Source: Campylobacteraceae bacterium
Lineage (GTDB): Bacteria > Campylobacterota > Campylobacteria > Campylobacterales > Sulfurovaceae
DNA: 64,000 bases
Direction of reading: 5' to 3'
Assembly (NCBI GenBank): GCA_027024155.1
Contig: JALVTE010000076.1
Coordinates: 35,301-99,300, forward strand
The position numbers were made by a program, and so were the translations under genes. Below are positions 52,564 to 60,785 of the stretch, piece after piece. Below the pieces are notes generated by a model, which saw only the letters and a list, made by a program, of their open reading frames with translations, ran no database searches and was not told where the DNA came from. Numbering within the stretch: position 1 is the first letter of the stretch; every line of letters starts with the position of its first letter.

Positions 52564-52801
52564 CTGTTGGCTCTTTTAACTCTGCTTTTACATATCCATT
52601 GTGGTCTATAAAATAGATAGGAGCTATCTTTAACAACTCTATAAAAATAGTTATAGGTATTTTTACATCTCTATTTATATAAAGCTCTTTAATGAACTTT
52701 TTAGCTACTACTATATTTTCACTAGATTTTATAATTTCTATGTACTCTTTAGCCAATTTTATTTTAGCTTTTTTATCGTTTATTAGGATAATTTTCTTCA
52801 T
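52550..52801 (-). CDS. small ORF resembling a Cas1 N-terminal domain
   Basis: 83 aa. By eye, KKIILINDKKAKIK...KELYINRDVKIPITIFIELLKIAPIYFIDHNGYV aligns with the adjacent Cas1 N-terminus (IVIIDKKEAEIK...TIIIEGKTTLQTQDINRLSKNGISIILL). It overlaps both neighbouring genes. Confidence 0.35.
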   Translation of the reverse strand: MKKIILINDKKAKIKLAKEYIEIIKSSENIVVAKKFIKELYINRDVKIPITIFIELLKIAPIYFIDHNGYVKAELKEPTDEQI

Positions 52802-53661
52802 AACATACTCCTAATTAGAGTTATTGCATTTGTTATTTTTGTATCTAGTTGGGCTTGAAACTCTTGAAAATAGGGATATATACTTTTTCTATCTTCATAT
52901 TTTAAATATACTGCATCTCCTTTTTTTGTAAAACTCTCTTTGCTTAATAAGTTATTATTAAATAGTGTAAAAATAAATTGGTTAATATCTGCTCTAATAA
53001 CTTCTAGTATATCTGAAGATAGAGCATTATGGTCTCTAAATGGTCGATGCAGATAGCCAATATTTGGCTCAAATCCACTGGCTATTAGTTTAACTGTAAT
53101 AGTATGATAAAATATAGTATATAGCCACGACATAACAGCATTTAGCGGGTCTTTTGGAGGGCGTTTTGTTCGCTTATTGTTATGTAGATTTTTTGGAAAA
53201 AGTTTAAAATAGTGGCTAAAATATAGTTTAGAAAAACTACCCTCTATACCCAAAAGTTCATCTAAAGTTTTAGCACTGTTAATATTTTGCATATATCTTG
53301 ATTTGTTTAAGATGATATTGTGCTCTTTCAAATGAAGTATGTGAGCGTTTATTTTAATTTTAAGTAACTCTTTAGCTATGTTTGTTGGTTTTAGAGAAGC
53401 TCTATATTGTGAAATTTTTAAATTTGCATTTTTATTATTGTATGCACTTATAATAGATGCTACATACCTATTAGATTTTAGTAAAATTATACTAATTCCA
53501 TTTTTGCTTAAACGATTAATATCTTGTGTTTGTAGAGTTGTTTTACCCTCTATAATTATTGTATCGATTAAGTTAAATGGTATTTTTTGGGTGTTGATAA
53601 TTAACTGGCTTGTTGTTGTTTTGATTTCTGCTTCTTTTTTATCTATTATTACAATATTCAT
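52798..53661 (-). CDS. cas1: CRISPR-associated endonuclease Cas1
   Basis: 287 aa. Has LGIEGSFSKLYF, KRPPKDPLNAVMSWLY and GYLHRPFRDHNALSSDILEVIRADI, the E/H/D-E catalytic pattern. Confidence 0.9.
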   Translation of the reverse strand: MNIVIIDKKEAEIKTTTSQLIINTQKIPFNLIDTIIIEGKTTLQTQDINRLSKNGISIILLKSNRYVASIISAYNNKNANLKISQYRASLKPTNIAKELLKIKINAHILHLKEHNIILNKSRYMQNINSAKTLDELLGIEGSFSKLYFSHYFKLFPKNLHNNKRTKRPPKDPLNAVMSWLYTIFYHTITVKLIASGFEPNIGYLHRPFRDHNALSSDILEVIRADINQFIFTLFNNNLLSKESFTKKGDAVYLKYEDRKSIYPYFQEFQAQLDTKITNAITLIRSML

Positions 53662-53924
53662 ACTATTATCAACCCTTGATTAAATTTAATAAAATCTGCC
53701 CTACCAAAACATATAGGTTCATTATTAAATGGAATTATATTTATCTTATCCTCTTCTTTTATGACTCGCAATAGTTTAGATATAAGCTCTTTTAACTCTT
53801 TTTTACTAAGAGGTGCTTCTAGTGCACTTTTTTGCCCACCTAGTGCATAGGCATAGACAATTTTACGAACCCTGTATAGGCGTTTTTTATCAAAAATATC
53901 GTAGCATATTAAATAGTTTTGCAT
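53658..53924 (-). CDS. cas2: CRISPR-associated endoribonuclease Cas2 (copy a)
   Basis: 88 aa. Has YLICYDIFDKKRLYRVRKIV...GGQKSALEAPL and an ATGA overlap with cas1. Confidence 0.8.
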   Translation of the reverse strand: MQNYLICYDIFDKKRLYRVRKIVYAYALGGQKSALEAPLSKKELKELISKLLRVIKEEDKINIIPFNNEPICFGRADFIKFNQGLIIV

Positions 53925-53966
53925 TATAATACTCTGCTCAAGTATAGATAGTTCATACCTACCTCT

Positions 53967-54338
53967 TTACGGATTATAAATATCTTGATTAAACTCATAA
54001 TCATCATTATCACAAAAGCTATCATAATCACAAGGGTCGTAACTATTTGAATATGGATTTTCATACTCACTATAGTAGTCATCGTCGTCATCATCAAAAT
54101 AGTTATCGAAATCATCTTCGATATCCTCATCTTTATAGCTAGAGTTACAAGAGTTGTATCTATCTTTATCCCAACCTGTGTTACCCTCCCAGTATCTTCC
54201 GTTACGTTCTATTGCAGTAAAGTAAGCTTCTGGGTCATGCACAACTTCTCCATACGGAGTGTACCAAGTATTACCAATTTTAGTAGGAGTCTTTCTCCAA
54301 GGATAACGATCACTAGATTCACCAAACCAATAACCCAT
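53967..54338 (-). CDS. hypothetical Trp/Tyr-rich protein with strongly acidic Asp/Tyr/Asn tail
   Basis: 123 aa with a strong SD (AGGAGGA-N4-ATG). The C-terminal half reads DEDIEDDFDNYFDDDDDDYYSEYENPYSNSYDPCDYDSFCDNDDYEF. Confidence 0.6.
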   Translation of the reverse strand: MGYWFGESSDRYPWRKTPTKIGNTWYTPYGEVVHDPEAYFTAIERNGRYWEGNTGWDKDRYNSCNSSYKDEDIEDDFDNYFDDDDDDYYSEYENPYSNSYDPCDYDSFCDNDDYEFNQDIYNP

Positions 54339-54540
54339 AACATCCTCCTAAAAATTTTATTAAGAAATTATAAGATATTCTTTAGATAAAAACTGTCTAG
54401 TTTAGTTTGTTTTTGAAGATATTATTATTTTATGGAGCATCTGCACTCTATTTATGTTTTTAAAGAAGTTAAAATACAAACGCAAATAGAGAGAGTAAAA
54501 CAAAATTAAACTCTGTCCTACTAAATTTTTGTAAACTCTT

Positions 54541-54690
54541 TTAACTCCTCAAAAGCTCATTTAATTTATAAGGCTTAATATCAAGCTCAAACACAGAGTA
54601 ATTTACTCTAAACCCGTAGCCCTCTAAAAGAGTGGCTACTTTATTTCGCTTTTTTGTGTTGCTGATGTCGTAGGTTATTAGGGTTTGCAT
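54541..54690 (-). pseudogene. cas2: truncated cas2-like ORF (49 codons, N-terminal half only)
   Basis: Own translation: MQTLITYDISNTKKRNKVATLLEGYGFRVNYSVFELDIKPYKLNELLRS*. Its ATG shares one nucleotide with the TAA of the upstream RAMP gene (TAATG). It is not in the ORF track. Confidence 0.65.
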
Positions 54691-57161
54691 TAGTTTAGTA
54701 AACTATTGAACTTATCTTGCCCTAGCCATTTAATCATTAATTTACTACTTTTATTAAACTGTTTCTTCTTCTTAGCATTTAAAGTAGGATAAATTTTCTT
54801 AATTGCCTCTTCAAGCTCCTTCTTATCGTTATCCGTAGGGTTTTGAATAGATTTTATAACTCTTTCAATGCTTTTACCATCTTTAGCTTGAGAAAATTCT
54901 AACCTTTTATTATCAGTCTTAGTTACTGAGGTTCCACACATATTTTCTAACTCTTTTGTAGCATCAATAACTTTTGGAGAGTTTGGATAATCTTCTATAA
55001 ATTTCTTTAAAGCATCTTTTAAGTATTTAGAGTTACTTGGATGATGAATCTTTTCCCACTTGGTATTTGCCTCTTCTTGATTTTTTTGATTTTCTATATC
55101 TTGTATCTCATCTTTTATAATTTTAATTGCATCATTAACTTTCTCTTTTTCTTCCAAAGTTAATTCACTTTTTAAAAGGTTTTCAAGAATTTGAATATTT
55201 TTAGTTTTTTTTGCATTATTTAGATTATTTAAAAATTTTATTTTCTTATCTTCTAACTCTTTAATTTTTTTTCTTTTATCTAAAACTTCTGGTGTTAAAA
55301 GTGATACTGGATAGTTATTAGATATATCAAACATTTGACTAACTTTAGGTAGACAGTCTCTACCTACATATTCCTTATTTATCTTTTCATTTTTTGCATC
55401 TACAAATTCATTTATATTATTTTCAGGGTCTAGTTTTAAATATTTAAGTTTATTGTCTATATTTAAATCTTTAAATGACATTGTAAAAAGTTCTTTGATT
55501 TGTTCTGTTTCTAACCATTTCTTTTTTAACTTTTCAGTTGTCCACTCTTGCATTAATATTTCAAATTCTTGTAAAGCATCAATGTATTTAGAAGTATCTA
55601 AATCAATTTTTATTTTTCCAAATCCAAGTGATTTAGCCATACCTATATTGTGATAAAAGTTATTATGATTATTATGAAAAGTAAGTGCAGAAATTAATGC
55701 TCCTAATTCTGCTTTATTAAGGTTATGAAATCTAACTTTTCCACTAAAAGTAAACTCATTAAAATTATTTTTATTATATGTTCCAATAGGTGTAAATGTA
55801 GTAGCAGAATCTGTCTCTTCGTCCACTTTTGTAAATTTTGGTTTACCATATCTTAATGGATATCTTTTCCAACCTGCTATTTTAGCTGTTTTATCCATAA
55901 GGGTATTGTATTTATCATTCTGTACTTTTCCATTCTCTTTACAGTTTTGTTGTATATATTCAGGATAAAAAGATGAATTTGGGCTTCCGAGTATAGTTGT
56001 AATTCTTTCAAATTCTTTCGGATTTGAATTGCATTTAAAATGAGAAAATTGTACTCTACCTTTTAATGTACAATTTACTTTTTTAGATTTATTATCTTTT
56101 GTAATTTCTTCTTGAATTGCACCAAATATACTCTCTGTTAAATCTAATTTTTGGTATATTCTTTGTGCACCACTAACTGTTTTTGTTACTGTTTCGATAA
56201 TCTGTTTAGTAGCATCGTCAATAGTATAATTATATGCTAGTTTGAACAGCTGACTAAGTCCTATATCTGTAATATTATTATTTTTGTCCTTAATATAAAA
56301 TATTGGTATTCCTATATTTTCATCAACATTATTTTTCCAAAAACTTCCATCTACTGAGTCTGAGTTAAAATAAACATCTATAAACTTTGATACTGCTTTA
56401 TCAATATTTCTAATTAGATTTTCTTTTCTATCACTATTAGCAAAGACAAATTCATTTTTTTTGTTATCTATTCCACCAGTAAGTATTAAATACGCCTCTT
56501 CGCCATTATTTGAAACAGTTGCAATATTTTTCTTGCCAATTACTTTACCTTCGCTATTTGTTAAATCTTTAATATCTTTAATAACATTAATTATTGGATA
56601 CATACCATTTGATTCATACTTATCTTTTGCTGTATCAAAATCACAATTTATTGTTGTGTTACCAAATTCAATTATTTTATCAGTTTGGTTTGTGTATTCA
56701 ATAGTTCTTGGTTTTCCATAGTCTATAATTATCCACTCTCCATTAGTATCTTTTTTTAAAAACCCACATCCTTTAGCTGTACCGACTAACTGTTTTGAGT
56801 TTGTCATATCTCTAACAGATGTTATTTTTGTATGTTTCTTAGTATCTAATTTTAATTTTCCAAAACTCATAATTTCCAATACATTACGAACCATACCTTT
56901 TACAGAACTTCCAGGAATATAATATTGTCCCTTATGGTTACAAAATTCTGTAGAAATCATATTACCATTATTGTCTATATAATATTTATCTCCATTAATT
57001 TCATGATTACGAATAAATATAGGACTTTTAGCTGTTATAGTAATATCTATAACCCCACTTTGACTATCACTAAAAGGAACATCATGACTTACTTGTTCCG
57101 ACCAATCAGGGAACAATATCTTATCACTTAACGGTACAAAATTAAATGGTGCTGTTATCAT
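54690..57161 (-). CDS. large CRISPR-associated RAMP (Cas7-like with insertion; TIGR03986-like 'APxNFVPL' family) with ~300-aa C-terminal extension
   Basis: 823 aa. Has the N-terminus MITAPFNFVPL, the RAMP motif IPGSSVKGMVRNVLE and the Gly-rich loop SLGFGKIKI, followed by a Lys/Glu/Asn-rich tail. SD is GGAG-N7-ATG. Confidence 0.7.
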   Translation of the reverse strand: MITAPFNFVPLSDKILFPDWSEQVSHDVPFSDSQSGVIDITITAKSPIFIRNHEINGDKYYIDNNGNMISTEFCNHKGQYYIPGSSVKGMVRNVLEIMSFGKLKLDTKKHTKITSVRDMTNSKQLVGTAKGCGFLKKDTNGEWIIIDYGKPRTIEYTNQTDKIIEFGNTTINCDFDTAKDKYESNGMYPIINVIKDIKDLTNSEGKVIGKKNIATVSNNGEEAYLILTGGIDNKKNEFVFANSDRKENLIRNIDKAVSKFIDVYFNSDSVDGSFWKNNVDENIGIPIFYIKDKNNNITDIGLSQLFKLAYNYTIDDATKQIIETVTKTVSGAQRIYQKLDLTESIFGAIQEEITKDNKSKKVNCTLKGRVQFSHFKCNSNPKEFERITTILGSPNSSFYPEYIQQNCKENGKVQNDKYNTLMDKTAKIAGWKRYPLRYGKPKFTKVDEETDSATTFTPIGTYNKNNFNEFTFSGKVRFHNLNKAELGALISALTFHNNHNNFYHNIGMAKSLGFGKIKIDLDTSKYIDALQEFEILMQEWTTEKLKKKWLETEQIKELFTMSFKDLNIDNKLKYLKLDPENNINEFVDAKNEKINKEYVGRDCLPKVSQMFDISNNYPVSLLTPEVLDKRKKIKELEDKKIKFLNNLNNAKKTKNIQILENLLKSELTLEEKEKVNDAIKIIKDEIQDIENQKNQEEANTKWEKIHHPSNSKYLKDALKKFIEDYPNSPKVIDATKELENMCGTSVTKTDNKRLEFSQAKDGKSIERVIKSIQNPTDNDKKELEEAIKKIYPTLNAKKKKQFNKSSKLMIKWLGQDKFNSLLN

Positions 57162-57550
57162 TTTTCATCTCCTTGTGCAAATCCTGCAAAAACTACTTTT
57201 TTTAACTTTTTAACTAGCATATCTTCGCAAAGTTCATCACTCTCTTCTTGCCAGATTTGTTCCATTTTTACTTTGTTGCCTGCAATGCCATAGAATTTTT
57301 GAATTTCGATATTTTTTAATGAACCTCTATCTACAGCCCAACTGTTATTTGATTGTTTTATTGTTATGTATTCATTCTCATTAGCAAAGTGGGCTTCGTA
57401 AATAAAGCCAATTTCGTTATCTACTTTTGGGTCGTTATCTGTAAAAATATCTTTTGCTAAGTCTAAAGGTCTATTAGAAAACTGTACATAGCCTCTAAAG
57501 CCTTTTAAATTATTTATGTAATCTATAACCTCATCTCTATTTAATCTCAT
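57158..57550 (-). CDS. small type III-D accessory subunit (Csx19/all1473-like, tentative)
   Basis: 130 aa counted from the ATG at 57548-50, which is preceded by GGGGAGGTG. The ORF-track start at 57565 lacks an SD. The call rests on position (between the Cas7 genes) and size; the family assignment is from memory only. Confidence 0.45.
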   Translation of the reverse strand: MRLNRDEVIDYINNLKGFRGYVQFSNRPLDLAKDIFTDNDPKVDNEIGFIYEAHFANENEYITIKQSNNSWAVDRGSLKNIEIQKFYGIAGNKVKMEQIWQEESDELCEDMLVKKLKKVVFAGFAQGDEK

Positions 57551-58856
57551 ATAGCACCTCCCCATTTTTATCTAATTTACCGCTAAAAATTCCGTGTCCT
57601 TTTGTAGTTAGTCCACCTAATGCAAGTTGCCCTTTGCAAATGTCTGTTAAAGCATTTTCAAAAACTTCTATATACTCTTTATCTATATTTTTATTTAAGA
57701 TAATCTCTAAGGTATATTCTCTATCATCTGCAATAGTTTTTTCTTGAAATAGAGCCCCCTCTATTGCACCGCCAGTAAAGCGGTCTATACTAACATGGTC
57801 AAATACTTTTGTAGAATCTTTATCTTCCATAAAGCAATCACTTATATAGATATTCCCTTTTTGCCCAAGCTCATTTTTCTCTTTTAACTCTTTTTTATGA
57901 CCAAATATTGCTTTTATTGCTTCGTTATTTTCTCCTACAATATCTTCTAGCTTTTCAAAGCCTTCTTTTTTATCGGCATATCTTTTTTGCTTTAAGTTAT
58001 AATAAAATGCCGTTCTATGAGATACTGCACCTTTAATGGAAGTTGCAGGTATTAAAATTTTTCTTTTACTTAATGCATGTTCGTTGTAGTCAATTTCCTC
58101 TTCGTAAACTGGTGTCATATCTGCATCTTCATCGCCAAAGCCACTACCAAAAATAAAGAAGTCATCAGGTTTTAGTTTTAGGGTATATTTATTATACTTA
58201 TCGTAACTATCTAACTTTTTATCTGCTTTTGTAGCACTATCTATTAAAGAGTTTAAACTACTAGAGTAGCTTTTAAGTTCATCTATATTTTTAATCTCTA
58301 AAGTAGCTATATCATGCACTTTAAAACTTCCAAAACCTGCTGTGGTTTTTCCACCAAATCTAAATAGAGGATTGCTTAAAATCTCTATGAGTTCATCAAA
58401 GGCCTCTTTGTTGTCTATAACTTCTATTGCAAATCTAAAACGACTACCTTTATATACAACTTCTTGGTCAAACTTGCTACTCTCCCGTGCAACCCCTTTA
58501 TGTGTTATTGCGGTATGCTCTCTTATAGGTAGAGTTTCAAATAACTTTAAAAAACTATTTTTTTCTACCAAAAGCCCTTCATTTACTCTATTGTCTTTAT
58601 CTACCAAAAGAGCATTAGAGATAATTACTTTAGAGCCTTCCCCATCATCTTCTCTACCATTTTGATAACCAAAAATATTTTTATCTTGGCTATATAAGCT
58701 TCTTAAAACTCCTGCTATAGATGTACCTAATATCATAGGCAGAGAGTTAAAATCTCTTTGTACAGGTGCATCTTGAAAAAAGTCGCTATTTCCACACCCA
58801 ACTCTTAATGGTGTTTGTGCTTCTATTGTAATGTGTGCAATATATCTATTTTGCAT
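57537..58856 (-). CDS. fused double Cas7 (two Csm3/Cmr4-like RAMP domains)
   Basis: 439 aa. Domain 1: PLRVGCGNSDFFQDAPVQRD...ILGTSIAGVLRS...GGKTTAGFGSF. Domain 2: IPATSIKGAVSHR...IDRFTGGAIEGALF...LGGLTTKGHGIF. Confidence 0.75.
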   Translation of the reverse strand: MQNRYIAHITIEAQTPLRVGCGNSDFFQDAPVQRDFNSLPMILGTSIAGVLRSLYSQDKNIFGYQNGREDDGEGSKVIISNALLVDKDNRVNEGLLVEKNSFLKLFETLPIREHTAITHKGVARESSKFDQEVVYKGSRFRFAIEVIDNKEAFDELIEILSNPLFRFGGKTTAGFGSFKVHDIATLEIKNIDELKSYSSSLNSLIDSATKADKKLDSYDKYNKYTLKLKPDDFFIFGSGFGDEDADMTPVYEEEIDYNEHALSKRKILIPATSIKGAVSHRTAFYYNLKQKRYADKKEGFEKLEDIVGENNEAIKAIFGHKKELKEKNELGQKGNIYISDCFMEDKDSTKVFDHVSIDRFTGGAIEGALFQEKTIADDREYTLEIILNKNIDKEYIEVFENALTDICKGQLALGGLTTKGHGIFSGKLDKNGEVLYEIK

Positions 58857-60225
58857 TTTTGCCTCCTCTATCTTGAGCTTTTGGCATCTCTATTGCTACT
58901 AGCATTATAAAGTTTAAATCATTATTTAGTAGTGTTTCTTGTTGGGTTTTGCTCCATTTAGCTTTACCACTAGATATATATTTTTCTATCTCTTCTTTTT
59001 TATTTTCAAAACTACTTAAGCATATAGAGCGAATTGTTCCCCATTGTGAGTTTTTTATATCTTTATATAGAGGGATATTTTCATTGATAAATTGATATAC
59101 ACTATCAACTAAATCTAGTTTATCCAATCTGCTATTGTGCTTTGCTTTTAAGTAGTTTAAAGTATTGTCTGAAAATTCTACTTCTATTTTGCCTATTGAC
59201 TCTTTTTTATTTTTCTCTTTTTTGGGTAGCTTTATCTCTGATTCTAAAAGAAATTTTGGATTTATTAACAAATCGCCAAAACCTTCGCTTAAAAATAGAC
59301 CAACACCCTCTTTTAACTTCTCTTTTTGCTCTGAAGTTAAATTTTTTAATACAATTACACTACCTTTGTTTATAACTACTCTCTCAAATGTATGTGTTCT
59401 CATTGTATTGTTATATTGTCTATAGTTGCTTGTTTTTACCTGCATAGCTTCATATGCAATATTCTCTTTTGTTAATCCGTTAATTAAGTGTATTGGGTCA
59501 AGAGTTGGGTTTCCAGTTTCATCAATTAATGCTAATCTACTGTTTGCGTAAATATATGTTAAATTATCACTCTTTGTGCTTTCAATATTTTTTGTATTAT
59601 CTTTTGCTTGAGTAATTTTAACTTTACCATATTCGGAACTTTTAGATTTACCAAGTCTTGTAGAGTTTTCTAAAGTATCAATAATAAGTTTTATATCATC
59701 ATCTTTTATAGAGTTATCTACTTTTACTTTAAATTGCCACTTTAATCCTTTTGGCATAGCCTTATAGCCGAACATATTACCTGTTTTGCTTCTTCTTCGT
59801 TTTTTATCGTGGCTACTCTTTTGAGAATAGTTATATCTAATTTCATATAAATTTAATCCACTAGAAGTGTCAGCGTCTATGAATCCTTTTCTTAACTGCT
59901 TAAGTTGTCCTAAATTTTTATTTATTAAATGATGGTTATAAACATAAGCCTCTTCATTCTCTTTTAAAAGCTTTTTCTTAAAGTAAGAGTATGGTGTTTT
60001 GTAATATAGCTTATTGTTAATTAATAAATTTGCATCCATAAATCTAACTAAACCGCTATGGAATATATTAAAACTATCGCTAAAATCTTTATATCTTTTA
60101 GCTACCATTCCCAAGAAATTACTACCTGGAATAAACTCTAAAGGCTCTATGTTTCCTTCGGTATTAGAGCTAGCTTGTAGTACTATATCACTTAAAAACT
60201 CTATATTAAATATTAATTCTTTCAT
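58846..60225 (-). CDS. csx10: Csx10-like (Cas5-group) RAMP with helical C-terminal region
   Basis: 459 aa counted from the ATG at 60223-25 (AAGGAGG SD; TAATG overlap with the upstream gene). The N-terminus reads LEFIPGSNFLGMVAKRY. The last ~110 aa look alpha-helical. Confidence 0.55.
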   Translation of the reverse strand: MKELIFNIEFLSDIVLQASSNTEGNIEPLEFIPGSNFLGMVAKRYKDFSDSFNIFHSGLVRFMDANLLINNKLYYKTPYSYFKKKLLKENEEAYVYNHHLINKNLGQLKQLRKGFIDADTSSGLNLYEIRYNYSQKSSHDKKRRRSKTGNMFGYKAMPKGLKWQFKVKVDNSIKDDDIKLIIDTLENSTRLGKSKSSEYGKVKITQAKDNTKNIESTKSDNLTYIYANSRLALIDETGNPTLDPIHLINGLTKENIAYEAMQVKTSNYRQYNNTMRTHTFERVVINKGSVIVLKNLTSEQKEKLKEGVGLFLSEGFGDLLINPKFLLESEIKLPKKEKNKKESIGKIEVEFSDNTLNYLKAKHNSRLDKLDLVDSVYQFINENIPLYKDIKNSQWGTIRSICLSSFENKKEEIEKYISSGKAKWSKTQQETLLNNDLNFIMLVAIEMPKAQDRGGKNAK

Positions 60226-60785
60226 TATGCCTCCTTTGCCGATATACGGCATCTTCCAAGTCCTCGGTTTCTATTTAAGCCTACTCGTTTAATCATCTCT
60301 AAAGTTGATTTAACTTGCTCAAGATACTTTTGTGGAATATTTTCTATACTTCCAGATAACACTATTGGAACAACAACTTCTATCTCCCTTAAAGAGTTAT
60401 CTTTTGCAATCTTTTTCTCTTCATCTATACTTGTGGATGTAATAATTTCGTATAAGCTATCTTGCATATTGTGTTTAACTATCTCTTTTGCAATATCATC
60501 TTTTATACTTGCATTAGAAAAATAGCACTCTCCTTCTGTCTGCTTATAATTTTCATCATAACAATTATCTTTATCATCGCTACTGCCACCAAAACATATA
60601 TTTACAAAATCGCAATCTTTAAAATATTCAGCCACCTCTCTAGCTAAACCTTTTATAGTTTTACCTGGCATATATGGAAGATTGTTATTATCTTTAATAA
60701 CCATATTATCTAGTTTTGCACCTGCACTTAAGCCTGAACTTATATGCCAATAGTCTAAAAACTCTATTGTATATTCTATTCTCAT
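60225..60785 (-). CDS. small RAMP protein (Cas7/Csm3-like)
   Basis: 186 aa. Has SGLSAGAKLDNMVIKD...PYMPGKTIKGLAREV and a C-terminal VGLNRNRGLGRC Gly-rich loop. Confidence 0.65.
   Translation of the reverse strand: MRIEYTIEFLDYWHISSGLSAGAKLDNMVIKDNNNLPYMPGKTIKGLAREVAEYFKDCDFVNICFGGSSDDKDNCYDENYKQTEGECYFSNASIKDDIAKEIVKHNMQDSLYEIITSTSIDEEKKIAKDNSLREIEVVVPIVLSGSIENIPQKYLEQVKSTLEMIKRVGLNRNRGLGRCRISAKEA

Noticed and set aside
53924-54130. 68-aa ORF (MRISKMISITILMMTTMTT...) overlapping the acidic-protein gene
   Set aside because: It is an alternative frame of the GAT/GAC-rich acidic tail. It is low-complexity and has no SD. The 123-aa frame has a strong SD and is preferred.
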